The position numbers and the translations under genes are program-made. This document shows, one piece after another, positions 28,501-41,600 of a stretch of DNA of 64,000 nucleotides; positions within the stretch are counted from its first letter, which is position 1; each line of letters begins with the position of its first letter. The DNA lies in the NCBI GenBank assembly GCA_024704765.1, contig JAKMXF010000329.1, positions 1 through 64,000 on the forward strand, read 5' to 3'. The stretch is from Oopsacas minuta (taxonomy: Eukaryota; Animalia; Porifera). Below the pieces are notes generated by a model. It was given only the letters and a program-made list of their open reading frames with translations. It did no database searches and was not told the DNA's origin.

Positions 28501-29010
28501 ATTTGATATGACTTCAAAGAAAGTATCTGTTCGAAGGGGTGTTCTAGGACTTGGAGCTGCCCTAGCTGTCAACCGTTATGACGACTTAAATAGAGGAATA
28601 GTAAATGTAATGACGATTATATCTAATTCTGGGCCCGAACTAGTTAAGCATTTCGTCTTTGTGATATAAAAGGATCTTGCCTACTGAAAAGGATCCTAGA
28701 CAATGAGATGAAAGTATTAGAGAGGAAATGCAATCACGGAATATGAAGAAGTTCGTGGAGGGTGGAACAGGCTATTCATCTCAGAAATTTTCAGGGCTCA
28801 ATCATATGAGAGTGACACCGAAAATATGAGTGACTCAAATGCTCCAACAACTATAGTTGAATCAGCATGTGGAAATTGTCACTCGTTCTGGAAAGGCGAT
28901 AAACACTTTCAATTGTAGCAGTTGTCACAAGTAATTTCACGAATATTGTGTTGAAATGGAATTAGGGCTTGTTAGTGAAAACATTACATGGATTTGTGAT
29001 GGTTGTTAAT
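25520..29010 (+). mobile_element. Kolobok/Mutator-like DDE transposase pseudogene with C-terminal PHD finger, split by a mariner
   Basis: Manual translation gives CINC..LELFE...SKLMFRCALC (Zn), VSYDGAY (26363), HFAISETNNNHKFCTNGRDSW, NNNESLHHILFDMTSKK and AVNRYD, then CGNC...CSSCHK*FHEYC...WICDGC at about 28865-29010. Ends were not found. Confidence 0.6.
26459..27754 (-). mobile_element. mariner element, near full length, frameshifted
   Basis: TA-flanked TIRs CAGGGTGTTCAATAAGTTCGTGGAAA...TTTCCACGAACTTATTAAATACCCTG. ORFs 27221-27499 and 26642-27190 contain ITGDETWIYY and HPPYSPDLAPSDYYLF. Confidence 0.93.
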
Positions 29011-29634
29011 ATAATTTCTTGCGAACGTCATTAACAACTATATAAAATTTACTTCGATATTACAGCTACACACAGATCATTAGTGTCTCTGCAGGTTCTA
29101 GATAGTGAAACATGTTCCTAAATGTTTGTTATTATTTTATCACGTGTTTACTTTATTAACTAAAAATTCTCAATTATGAATATATTCAAGTATCGAATTA
29201 GTAATATCTTAATTATGGATTTCTTCCTAATCTCTCATTATGTTTCACAATCTCAAGTATACAATTATTATTATTATTACTATTATTATTAATATAGTAG
29301 CCACTTCTGAGTCGGTCCTCCCACTTTATCCTCAAGATAGTGATAGTTTTTGATGGAGTGCGGAAGTGGGCGGGAATAAGTTGAAGGATTTCTCAGGTGA
29401 GTTGGTTATTTATATTGAGGTGTTGAGCGATTCTATGCAAATGAAGGCGTTGTAGAATATTTCGGCGAGTTACGCCTACTTGGCCAACATACGTGACTGT
29501 TGGATGGCCTGGGTGTCTCAATGCGTAGGTCATGCGATAAGTAGCGCAAGATATTATTGGAGTATTTATTGTTGGATGCACTGTGGGGTTATAGTGGTCA
29601 CATATTCTACATATGTCGTCGTGATCCATATCTG

Positions 29635-30219
29635 GGGCCTTATTAACTAAAATTCTTAAGTCAAATTCTTAGAATACGACTCAATTCTTAGAATAATTCT
29701 AAGAATTGAGTCGTATTCTAAGAAAAATATTTAGTGAGGTAGAGAGGACACTTAACTTATAATTTATTTTACTTTTCTATGAAATTATAATCAATACGCA
29801 TTTATTTACAAAGAAGATTGTTCATCGTTTAAGACAATATGTTTGATTATCATATCCACATGTTGTAATACCCGCTATTGGGTGGGGCAATTATCTCATT
29901 AATGATAAATGAAGTATACAAGTAGAAGGATATTATTTTCTACTATGCGCATATCTTCTCAAAAAGCGATTGAAGTCGAATGAATTGGCATAAATTTTAT
30001 TTATCAATAGCAAGAAAAAATCAATTAGAATTACCCAATTCTAAGAATTTTTCTTAGAATTGCTTAATTCTAAGAATTATTCTAAGAATCCGTTAAGATA
30101 GCCAAGTTAAGAATTCTTAACGAAAACTAAGAATATTTCATGAATTCTTAGAATTATTCTTAGAAATACACTTAGAATTAAGTTAAGAATAATTCTTAGA
30201 ATTTTAGTTAATAAGGCCC
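29635..30219. mobile_element. PIF/Harbinger-like MITE rich in TTCTTAAGAA/TTCTTAGAA repeats
   Basis: TIR GGGCCTTATTAACTAAAATTCT...AGAATTTTAGTTAATAAGGCCC with flanks CTG/CAG (CWG-type). Removing it restores the Penelope frame KPPDMDHDDICRIC. Confidence 0.72.
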
Positions 30220-30274
30220 CAGGTGGTTTTGAGCAGGAAATGAGAGCTTTTAATGGAGCTAGAGGTGTTGTGTA

Positions 30275-32802
30275 TAGGGATCGATCGGTCACCCGACCCC
30301 GGCCCCGGTCTCGACCAATCCCAGCCACTTTTGTCCCGGCCCGTCCCCGCCTAAAGTCCCGAACCTGGCCGGGGACTAGTTAGTTTTAAAAAGATATAAT
30401 TCACCTTTCTATACTATCAGTCTATCACTATCAACTACTTGTACTAACAAAGATTCTAATGTGTTTGTGAGCTCGCTTCGTCCCCGAAAATTTCTTCAAC
30501 TCCTAAGTGGTATTTCGGAAGAACAACTTGAGGATGTGGTTGCTGTAGCTTGAATGAAACAAAACCAATCGCTCTGAGATTATACTTGAGAAACAAGAGC
30601 TTCTCTATGTTAGGAGGGAGCAACGGATCCTATCGCTTTGAGAAATTTTACCCGCCATTTTAAATTCTCGTTCACTTGGAACTGATCAACAAGGTGGACT
30701 CAAATACTGAAAGGCAAGTATAGACAATATTGGATACAGATTCAAGTTTATACGCCAGTACCACAATGGATCTAGCTCTGGGTGAATTTTCTTGTCAGCG
30801 AAGTAGTGCAACATTTCATGTTTTACTTCGTTTCTGATCGTATCTTCCACATCACAAATTGTATTATTATTAACTGAATCGGATTGGCCATCTGAATCAC
30901 TTAAAATTGCATCTCAGTAACTTTTTGCAGGGGAATCGGCGTTAATTTGAAAACTGCCTTCTGCCAAAGACCGTTCAAAGATGTTGGAAGCAATACTAGT
31001 GAATTTACCCTTTACCTCTTCTGCTTTCGCCTTATCCATAAAGCCACTCGTTTTATATCTAGGATCCAGAATAGTTGCCAGTGCATGCATTTCACTTGTT
31101 TCGACATCAACGAAATGCACTAGGGCATCAAGCCCCCTAAAATAACGTTTCAGTTGTACGATCATTTCGTTTTTGATAGTATTGATTCGAAATTCATCGA
31201 TAGCATTCAATTCATAAAATATTTTCTTGATGAATAGAATGGTATCCGAAATGCAAGTATATCCGTGTTCTGCATCCAATGTGGCATCGACAAATGGTTT
31301 TAATAAACAAATTACTTTGGGAATAAGCATCCAGTCATTTGGAGTTAGTTGGTATTCTATATTAATATTGATATCATCTTCTGTGCAACGAATAGCACAT
31401 TTCTGCTGAATATACCGGACTAACATAGCATAGTAAGAACTCCAGCGTGTTTTCTCGCCTAAAATCAGAGTGCATCCAGGAGCACCATTATAATCTGCTT
31501 GATGACCTCTGAGAACTTCCATCACCTTCGGACTCTTCCGAAGAAAGGAAGTAAATTTGGTAGCACGGGCCATCATAGATTGGACACCACTTTGTTCAAA
31601 AATAGAAATCATGACCACTAGATGTATCATATGTAGAAACAACCTGCATTATCCTGGTTGTTGATAACCATGGCATTCACTATATTGAGGGCATTATCTC
31701 GCAATATCAAGTGGAGCTTTCTCTCTGATTTCCAATAAACAATGATCAAACGCAACGTCTGTTCAATTGAATCAGCTGTATGTGATGTATCATATAGAAA
31801 ACAATGCAGCACAACTGCTTTTCGCTCTCCTTTCTTGTTGATGAAATGCAGCGTGAAGCTAATAAAAGCCCGTTGACTCTTTAATGTCCAAATATCAGTC
31901 GTTACACTACAAAAGTCCCCGAGATTATTGTGCAACAGCTCTATGAAATTGAATTGTACATGTCTGCATATATCTGGAATAATCCTTTGGCGGAGCACTT
32001 TTTCCGTTTGAAACATCGAATTTATGATTCAAATGACTAATAAAAACGTGAATCTTTCGTTTTCAACTGTAGTGTAAAGGAGAAGTGAATCACATATCCA
32101 TTCAGCTAAAAAATAATTCCCTCTGTTTTGATCAGGGTGATCAGGTAGCCATTTTCTTTTCAATTCGAATGTTTCCTCTAGACTATGTTGGGTTTGTGAA
32201 CCTGGGGTAGCCAAAATGTAGATAGATTTTTGCTTCGAATTCTCCTCATCTTTTTTGCATCTTTTTGGTTCATCAACATTTCGTATTATTATTGCCTCCT
32301 TGTATTCGACAGTGTGATACGATTTCAAGTGATTCCACAGCGATTTAGTTGACAAAGACTTTTTGAACCTCCATGAGTACCCCTTTGTATCTTCCTCGTT
32401 TTTCCGTGACAGCAGAAAAGTTACAATTGGCAATTGATTCATCTGCATTATCGACATCATGAAATTTCCAGACCTCAGATGCGTACCTTTTGGTCATTGA
32501 TATGAATAGTAAATTTAAATCAATTGTATATATTATTTATATTATTCAATAATAATTACCTTTTGACACTATTTCAAATAACATATACTATATTGGTACC
32601 CTGTAGTGAGAACACAGATTTTTGATTACAATTACGACTCAATTCACGTTGACTGTATTTTCACGCTGTTGACTTTAAAGGAGCTTTGCGCACAGGTTTA
32701 TAAGGTGAATAATATTACTAATTAGCACAGAAACAACTGTAAACTTGCATTATTTACTATCAACTCTAACCCTGGCCAAATTCTGCCCCCTGTCGATCCC
32801 TA
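30275..32802 (-). mobile_element. hAT (Ac/BED-finger type) element, frameshifted
   Basis: TIR TAGGGATCGA...TCGATCCCTA with 8-bp TSD GTTGTGTA/ATTGTGTA. ORFs carry STKSLWNHLKSYH (BED), SVTTDIWT, KTRWSS and ATILDPRYK. Confidence 0.92.
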
Positions 32803-34509
32803 ATTGTGTAAATAAGTTTTATGGGTTTGTTTAATATTAGAGGAGCTAGTTGACAATAGGTTGGGCGGGTTTGAGGCCAAGATGTTAATATTGCAGTATA
32901 GGGTTCTTCTTGTTAATTGGGAGTAGAGTGTTTAATAATAGGGAAATAGGCTGTCGTGGTCATAATTTTAATTGCGTGTTTAAGTGGGAACGAAGCTCTG
33001 TTTAAGAGTGGAAGGTAGTAAGATAACAAATTGTTTAATGTTTTATGAGGGTGAGTGGTTTGGGTTGCTAGTTGGAAGGCATATCCTGTTGGGATGTTTT
33101 GAAGTTCATGAGGGTGATAGCTGTGATAGTGTAATGGAACCGGATTTCTCTCTTTTGATTTATAAGGAATTAAGGTTTTGATTCTGGGAGATGCTGGATA
33201 TCTTGCAGGAAGTTGTCTGGCGCTTCCCTTAACAAGTATGGTGTAAGCAACTCTTGGGGTATTGGAAAGGTAGTAGTAAGGTCGTCAAAGTGTGCTGAGA
33301 GCTTTTCTATAGGTGGTGGGATGTAACTTCTGAGGAATTATACAGTGACCAATTGGGCGAGTTCTGAAGAACAACTAAGTCCCTGAGGTATGCCTGTTGG
33401 GCCTAATGATAAATCTTCGCTCGTCTGTTATGAAGTTCATGTTTAGGGTTTTTCAATTAAGTTATTGTGGTATGAAGAAATCTAATGCAACATCAATAAG
33501 GGAGTGTGGAGTAGAGGGGTAGAAATCTTTTACGTACTGTGCGTAGAGTTTAATGGGGTCCGTATTCGAATAAGGAATTTAAGGCATCCTTGGCGTCCTT
33601 ATGGTGGTAAGGTTGTTGTCTAATTATGGGTTGAAGCATGGGGGTGATAATTGATGAGGATAGTGAGGTTAACGAAGTGCATGATAAACCACGGGTCTAA
33701 AGAAGGGAAGAAGAGTAATAGGACCCGAAATGATGGTCAACATGTCTGTGAGTTCGTAGTGTTCTACAGCTAGGTAGGTGTTCTATCATCCTCTTGTAAT
33801 GTCTGTAATTCTGGCCTATGTAAGAGTAATGCTTCTCTAAGGTTTCTGGTTAAGATTATTGCTTGCAAGGGGTTATTTCTTGTTTATCTTGGGTATAAGC
33901 GTTATATATCCTGTCCAATGTCTTTTTAGTTATGATGACTACACCCGTTCCTTTGTCTACAGGGCGGATTGTGGCTTTTTTCCTTTTAAAGTTTTGTTTT
34001 ATATCTTCTAAGTTCATTTTGAAAGTTTCATACGTTTTTATCTTGAAGTGGGGGATTCTGATTTAATCTGAGGGCATGCATAAATAGGTTTTGGAATGGT
34101 GTTGCATTTTCTATAGGAATTTGGAAAATTAGGCCAAACGTCAACAAAGTTTGTAAGGTTACTACCATGTGTTTTCTGATAGTATGTTCATTGAAAATGT
34201 TTGGGGACTAAAACGGGTGAAGACTAGAGGTTCTGGCTGTTGGATTGTGTGGGGAATATTCGGGGAAAGAAGGTCCAGATGATATTTTGATTTCTCGTGT
34301 GGGGGTGGGGTGTCTAGATGCTCGCAAAAGGAACATGAATGATTTTTATATGTTGTGGCTCCTAGTTTGAGGGTACCTCCAGCGTCAAGAAGCGTGACAC
34401 GGTGGAGTCCCAAAAATTAAGAATGCCGAACGTGGCTAATGATGGGAGTGGATTTAGGGTTAATGTTTGCTGTGTCCATATAGAGTTCTCTGGGGCTACT
34501 TCATGGGTG

Positions 34510-36330
34510 CAAATTCTGGCGCTACATTCAAATTTACAACTTGGGACTTGATGAAAGTACCGATGTAAGCGACACAGCTCACCTGCCAATCTTTGTACAT
34601 GGTGTCACAGAAAATTTCGAAATCATCCAGGAACTGCTTGACTTATGTCCAATGAAAGATCCAAAAACTGGGCAAGGTATTTTCAATGTAGTAAAACATG
34701 TGTTTACTAAATTCAAACTTTCAGATGAAAAACTAAGTACTTTAACAACCGATGGAGCCCCTGCTATGACAGGAAAGCATAAACGTTTTGTTAGCCTTAT
34801 GCTCAATTCAATGACCTTTCCTGTTATGGCATACCACTGCATTATTCATCAAGAACAGCTTTGTGCAAAAACCTTAGATAAGAAACATGTGATGGAAAAT
34901 GTCGTCAATACAGTAAATTTCTTAAGGCCGAAGGGACTCAATCACAAGACAATTCCAAGCGTTTCTTGCAGAGGTAGGATCAGACTATAACGATGTTATT
35001 TACTTTAGCCAAGTTCGCTGGCTCAGCAGGGCTTCTACTCTAGCCAGATACTAGTCGCTACTTGAAGAAATAAAAACATTCATGACCATTAAGGGAATGG
35101 ATGTGAGCTTTCTGGACGATGATCAGTGGTTGAATGATCTCGCATTTCTAGTTGACATAACTAAGTATCTCACAGATTTAAATCTGACACTACAAGGAAG
35201 AAAACAATTCGTTGACAACCTGTATGAGCATGTCAAAGCGTCCATCAACAAATTACAATTATTCCACCAACAATTTATTTTGAAAAAGGTGGTACATTTC
35301 TCAACATTATCCTCAAGAAAAAGTGAGACAGTGAACCATGACAAGTATTGTACACTGATCAATAGCTTAATCGATGGATTTAAACTAAGATTTTCTGATT
35401 TTAGTGACAAATTCGATGAAATGGAGTTGTTTGGAACTGATTCCACAAATGTTCCTGGAATGTTCCAACTGGAACTAATTGAAATACAAAATTCCTCGGA
35501 GAGAAAGAGAACTTTTGCAGAGCATGACCTTCTGACATTTTATGGTCAATATGCTACATCGGATCTATTTCCTTTTTTATCGAAACACGCCCTCAGGTTC
35601 CTTTCCTTATTTGGCAACACGTATTGCTGTGAACAGCTTTTTCTCAATGAGAACAAATGTTAAAAGCAAGTCTAGATCACTCCTGACCGACACTCATCTA
35701 CAGTGTTCCCCATAAACGTTTTGACCGGCCGGCTGGCCGCCAAAATGCCAATTTGGCATTCCGACCCGGCCAATTCGAGTCTGTAGTCAATCAAAATGAA
35801 TAATTCAAAATTTCCTATAACCAATCACAACCTAGAGTTTGCGCAATTTGCCCTGTGGTGTACTGGTTATTATATTCTTTCGAATTTTATTTTTACTCTA
35901 AATGCTAATTTTACATGAGCAGTTAGCAATTACAATGTTTTTATAAATTTTCTTTCCCTACGTAGTGTTTCTTTTGTTTCATTTATAGAATTCCTTCCGT
36001 AAACTATGGCACAAAGAATACTCCAGGTGGCTACAAGTTCGCAACGTAAACATAAATCAGGAGTGCCATTGTAATACAGTTCAGAAAGAGGTCTTCCAAC
36101 TTTGTGGAAGGAATGGAGAGTATGTGAAGGATTTCATTTGTATGTTCTGAAAAGTGTCGTAATCTCTAGCAGGAACATTTCCGCAATTAAATAGCTTTCC
36201 GCTGATAAAACAGGTCATGGGGCCTACCAAATGTGACCCATAACTTGGCTTAGGGGGAACACTGCTCATCTATCAGGAATATTACGGATTGCGACATCAA
36301 GTATACGAGCAGATATTGACTTTTGTGTTC
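34510..36330 (+). pseudogene. hAT Buster/SPIN (GTF2IRD2-like) transposase remnant, 5'-truncated
   Basis: Motifs are LDESTDVSDTAHL, TTDGAPAMTG, YHCIIHQEQL, VRWLS, WLNDLAFLVDIT and SLFGNTYCCEQLF. The C-terminus SRSLLTDTHL/SGILRIATSS resumes after the MITE. Confidence 0.87.
35701..36264. mobile_element. hAT MITE inserted in the Buster dimerisation domain
   Basis: TIR CAGTGTTCCCC...GGGGAACACTG with a perfect 8-bp TSD CTCATCTA. Confidence 0.92.
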
Positions 36331-38293
36331 TCAAAGTCAGATATCCCATTAGATAAGTTCTTATCATTAAAGTTTAGTATAAGTAAATAAAACATGGAGT
36401 GATTTTTCAGTTCTCAAATAATTCGTATTAAGTGAAATACTGATCTATACAAAGTTGCGATGGATAATTTCACATTTCACCACATAAAAATTGTGAGACT
36501 AAACTACAGGGTGGAAAGAAATGGATGCCCTACTGACCTAATTTATATTATGAACCCAAAACATTCTTGAAGTTTGATAATTACCATATTTTCATCAGTT
36601 ATGTATTTCTTACGTTTTGTTCTTTGATTTTGACATACTGTTCTTGCTTAGGAAGTGTATTTTATTTATATTATTTATCAGATTTGTTTATCCAAATTTC
36701 AGCTGATAATAATGGTTAGGGAGTCCAGTTCATGTGCATGAAGCAGGGCTGTAGGAATGGTATTAGGAGGAATGACCCAAACATGTGCTTCAGAAAAGTT
36801 AGGTGTGAATATTCGTACAATTCGACGATGGCTATCCCGTTATCAGAATGAAGGTTCCCTAGAAAATATGCATGGACGTGGACGTAAATCAAAACTTACA
36901 AAAGTTGTAAAAATCGTCATAGCCAAATCCATTTCCAAGAGACATCAATCAACACGGAAATTAGCTGCGCCGGCACATACAGCCAAAAGAGCACAAGAAT
37001 GGTGCAATACCAATTTAGTTGAGTTTTGGCATAAGAGTCAATGGCCAGGCAACTCTCCTGATCTCAACCCGATAGAAAATTTATGGTCTGTCGTAAAGCA
37101 AGAGATTGAACTGATGGACACTCCAACCAATATTTCAATGCTCGAAAAATACATCAAGCAGGCGCGGTCTCAAATTTCACCAGAAACTTTGGAGAATTTA
37201 GTATCCGGGATGCCAAAAAGGATGAAATTATGCATAAAACAAAAGGGTGGATATATTGGAAAATAACTAGTGTATTGTATTGTTGTATTATCACATTATG
37301 ACAAGAATAATATTAGGGCATCGATTTCTTTCCACCCTGTATACAAAGTGTTGTCAGTCAATTTCAAATAAAAATACATATTCACTGGTAATACTGAACT
37401 ATACAAAAATTATAACTCAATTTCCAATCGAAAACATGTTAAGTGAAATACTTAAATAGACAAAGGTGTGATAGTCAATTTTACATTTCGCCACATAGAA
37501 ATTGTGTGACTAAACAATACAAAGTGTTGTCGGTCAATTTATAATGTCAACACATATTCACTGGTAATACTGGACTATACAAAACTTTATAACTCAATTT
37601 CAATCGAAAACATATTAAGTGAAATACTTATCTATAATAAGTTGTGACTAGTTCAGATGTTCACTATCAATATGTTTCCATTGAAATTCAGTGATAAGCT
37701 GTGCATAGAAGAATATTCCAATGAATATGTTCTGATAAGTGAAATTGGGTGACAATAATTTACACAATATACTTTCACAATTCAGTGTGGTGGAATGTGA
37801 AATTGAGTGTGGAATGTTTGTATTCACTTCCAATTAGTTTCTATGAGAATTCGAGTGAAATGCAGTGTATAGAACAACATTCCAGTGGATAAGTTGTGAC
37901 AATACTTAATAGTGTGTACTTTCACACTTCAGTGTTTTGAAATTTGAAATTGAATGTGAATTATTTGTATTGGTCAACTGTTCACTTTCTATAGTGTCAC
38001 TTAGTAATTGAACGAAATGTAGTGTATAGAACAATATTTTAGTGACTATGTTGTGACATTTGAAATTGAGTGACAATACTTTGTATAGTATACTCTCTCT
38101 ATTTCATGTGTTGAAATAATGAATTGTATGTGAAATATTTGTATTGGTCCACTGTTCACTTTCAATTGTGTGATTAAGTAATTGAGTGAAATGTTGTGTA
38201 TAGAACAATATTTTAGTGAGAATGCTGTGACATTTCAAATTGAGTAATAATACTTTGTATAGCATACTTTTTCAATTCAGTGTGTTGAAACAA
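36330..38293. repeat. AT-rich satellite-like array (about 174-bp unit), segment 1, with an orientation switch near 37640
   Basis: The TTTGAAATTGAGTGACAATACTTTGTAT core appears as reverse complement at 37341-37370 and 37517-37545 (176-bp spacing). It appears forward from about 37650 (ACAATATTTT at 38031 and 38205, 174 bp apart). Confidence 0.85.
36507..37339 (+). mobile_element. Internally deleted Tc1 element
   Basis: TA-flanked TIR CAGGGTGGAAAGAAAT.GATGCCC. ORF 36757-37266 fuses the HTH (GRGRKSKL) directly to APAH..WPGNSPDLNPIENLW. Confidence 0.9.
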
Positions 38294-38679
38294 CACTGAT
38301 CAACTACGAGATTTCTTCTTGATTGATTGAATATTTTCTAAAACAAAAACTACGATAATTCTAAATTTACCATCAGTTTTTAACCAATTTGGCAGGATTT
38401 CTCGTTTTCAATAATTTTGATTTATTGTATTTCCATGGATATTTGGTGCTAAATTTACCAGAATTATTATTTCATGGAAACTATTTTTAGTACTTTTTGA
38501 GTCTTCTTAGACAAGACTTTTATAATACCTTTAACTAATATACTATATGCAATGTAACCTCATAGGTCGGCACTCACTCTAACCAACTTAATATATTAAT
38601 CTACATTCATGTACATTTTTGGATATTTTTGTTCCCTATTCTTTCTACAATCAATGCATCGCAAATGTGAAAATGATCC

Positions 38680-41600
38680 GCTACAATTGCAGAATCTTAC
38701 ACCCCTAACTTTTTTGATGTGGTCATAAATCCCTATATGCACCGTTCAAGAACTCGTTGAGAGAAGCTGATAGAGCTAAAGAACTCCAAAATCGGATTAA
38801 AATTGACAAAGTTACGAAAAATTTACTCCCTAAGTCAAATCCTATGGGGAAAATTGTGTTACTCACTATAGTCAAATTGTATTGATTTATACATTACAAT
38901 TACCATAGGAATGCGCACACTGTTGATAATTCGGTTATACACGCTTGTTACTCTATTCTTTCATGTTCATTTGTTCACTATTCAGTGTATTTCATTGCAG
39001 GTAATTCTTGTTACTTTAAAGGAAAGCTGGTTATTACATAATTCTGTCCACAACACTAAATATACAATGCAACATTGCATTTAATATTATGCTTGCAACT
39101 AAATTGCATCCTGTATGTGAAGTTGTTCAAACGTACCATACTTCCCAACTGTTCCGTTGGTTGGCGGGACACCACGATTACTCGCCCCGAATATGTGTTG
39201 ACTGCCAATGAGGCTAATGTCTAGCCAAAACTTGACAAAACCCTTAATTGCCCCTCTATTTTGTAGTCCAGTCTAATACAAATATGCTGCATCCGACGAT
39301 GTCCTGTTCAATTAGCCCCTTCTGTCCCACATTTTATCTTCACTCATGTTGCAAGTACGGGGTTGACACTTGCCCTGTAATATCTCGATAATGTTTAGCC
39401 AGTGCAGAGCAAAAGTATCAAGTTTTGGATAGCTAATATAATACGGGTGGTATTTCTTGCCTGAACCAAATGTGTGGGGTCAAATGTCTATTATAGATAA
39501 ACTTGAGCAAGTATAGTCAGTTTGTAACTGCAACACATTCTCATTATAACGAAGTGTTCTGGACTGGTACGGAACCCGATTACATTTCGTGATCTGCAGA
39601 ATTAGGATAAATGCGGAGTAAGATCAATACTTTCAAGCTGGAGGGGGTTTGTGAATCACTTTGTTATAGCGTGAGTTTAGCCATATAATTGATGTTAGCT
39701 TATAACGGAAGTTTACAGTACTGGGCCTTATGAGGTGGTGTAACAGGTTCGGCGGTCGCTCCGAACCAATAATTAGCAATTTATATTAATGGTGAGATGT
39801 GATGAATGCTGCAACAGTAAGTTTGTGATTCCTGCGTCCCTACAATGCCAGGATTATTAAACAGTCAAATCCGCTTAATTAGGACAAATTTAGGTAATCG
39901 AGTGAAAATCAGTAACTCACTCAAGACAATTTTCTCTTGATTTAGGAAATTGTAATAAGCTAGGTACTAGGTACATCGCCTAATTTGGGATTAATATGGC
40001 CAAATCAAATTCTATTAACTAGTTATTGTTATCGGAAGACAATATAATGATCCGAATGAGAAATTTTTTGATTATGGATGATTTACATAAATTTTCTTTA
40101 CAACCAACAATCACCTAAAGTATAGTAAAAATGTTTGAGATTAAACATGAGAAGTGTCGTAAAAATATGTGGTTTTATATGTAATTTCTATTGTATAGAT
40201 TTGTTGATGTGTTCATAGTTATACCAGCATCAATTACTTACAAAATTTAGTATAATTGGAATGCTGTTTGTCTGGTTACTGAGTTGAACAACAAATGATT
40301 TAGGAAAGTGGCATGCAAACCACCTGTAATTATTACCTATAATTAAAGAACACATTCCAAAAGGTCATACAATGTATTTCGATCAATCTTAAGTCAAGTA
40401 TAAAATGAATATCGGGGAAATATAACTAACAAATCCTAATTATTCGAGTTGTGATATTTCTATTATAAAATCCTTAATGGCAGTTGCTCCATCGTTTCAA
40501 CCTCTGCTGGTTCCTACAATATTTCCAGCTATTGAAGAAATGACCTTAAAACAACTTTTTCGTAATATCACTATTGATGAAGATACTTGTATAGCATGGC
40601 TCAAAAGTAACGGACTTTTAGCTACCGGGATGATGTGCAAATGCGGTAGAATTATGCGACCAGGAACATTTTCAGGTATTGCAGATGGAAAGGGATGGAG
40701 GTGCCCGGAAAAGTCATGCAAGAAATTCGCTTCGATGAGGATTGGCTCATTCTTTGAAGGTGCTCATATACCGTTAACTGAGTTGGTAGAATTTCTCTAT
40801 TTCTGGGCCGATAATCTGCAAACTACTGCCTTTTTACACAAGAATCTGGGCTCGGGAGAACATACTATAACAGACTGGAAGAACTTCCTCAGAGACCTAT
40901 GTGTTGAGGAATTTTTAGTCAATTCTCAACCAATTGGAGGGCCTGGGCATATTGTAGAAATAGATGAATCAAAGTTTGTACATCGAAAGTATTCAGGAGC
41001 TCGTATGCTATCAGGTCAATGGGTATTTGGAGGAATAGATAGAGAGACAAAAGATATCTTTATGATACCTGTTCAAGACAGGTCGGCTGCAACATTAGTC
41101 CCTCTCATCCAGAGATATATTCTTCCGGGCACTACCATACTTTCTGGCGAATGGGCATCGTATAATTCTATCCCCGCTGCAAGTTTTCAGCATCTCACCG
41201 TCAACCATAGTCTCAATTTTGTTGACCCTACTACAGGTGTACATACGCAAACAGTTGAGAGTACATGGGGTGATGCGAAGTAACGGCTGAGGAATTGCAT
41301 GACTACTAACCCCATACTATTAGATACCCACTTATCTGAAGTTTGTTGGCAGAAGAAATATGGAGAAGCTAGTTTCTCCAACCTTATCATGGAAATAAGG
41401 AAACATTATCCAGTTGTCTAACTGTACCATACTTCTGCTTTGGTGTTTCTTTTTTAGCAGTACTTGTTATATTATAGATTTGTAGTTAAAGTAGTGTATA
41501 GAAGCTCAATACTAATTAGTTACTCCAAATATAACTACTACCCATAGTAATATATCCAGCCATGGGGTGTCATTTATTTAATATTCTGCCCACTATCATA

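Larger units (their letters stand above)
29300..34500 (-). mobile_element. Penelope-like retroelement (RT + GIY-YIG), degenerate, interrupted by two DNA elements
   Basis: ORF 29393-29629 reads CRIC..SCATYRMTYALR...TYVGQVG..RRNILQRLHLHR (GIY-YIG). RT motifs are KDFYPSTPH (about 33510-33535), GIPQGLSCSSELAQL (about 33355-33395) and HFDD (about 33285). Boundaries are approximate. Confidence 0.75.

Noticed and set aside
40477-41421. ISXO2/IS1595-like transposase as bacterial contamination or recent HGT
   Set aside because: It has long TIRs and an 8-bp TSD inside a eukaryotic Chapaev3 element, which fits the known eukaryotic Merlin superfamily.
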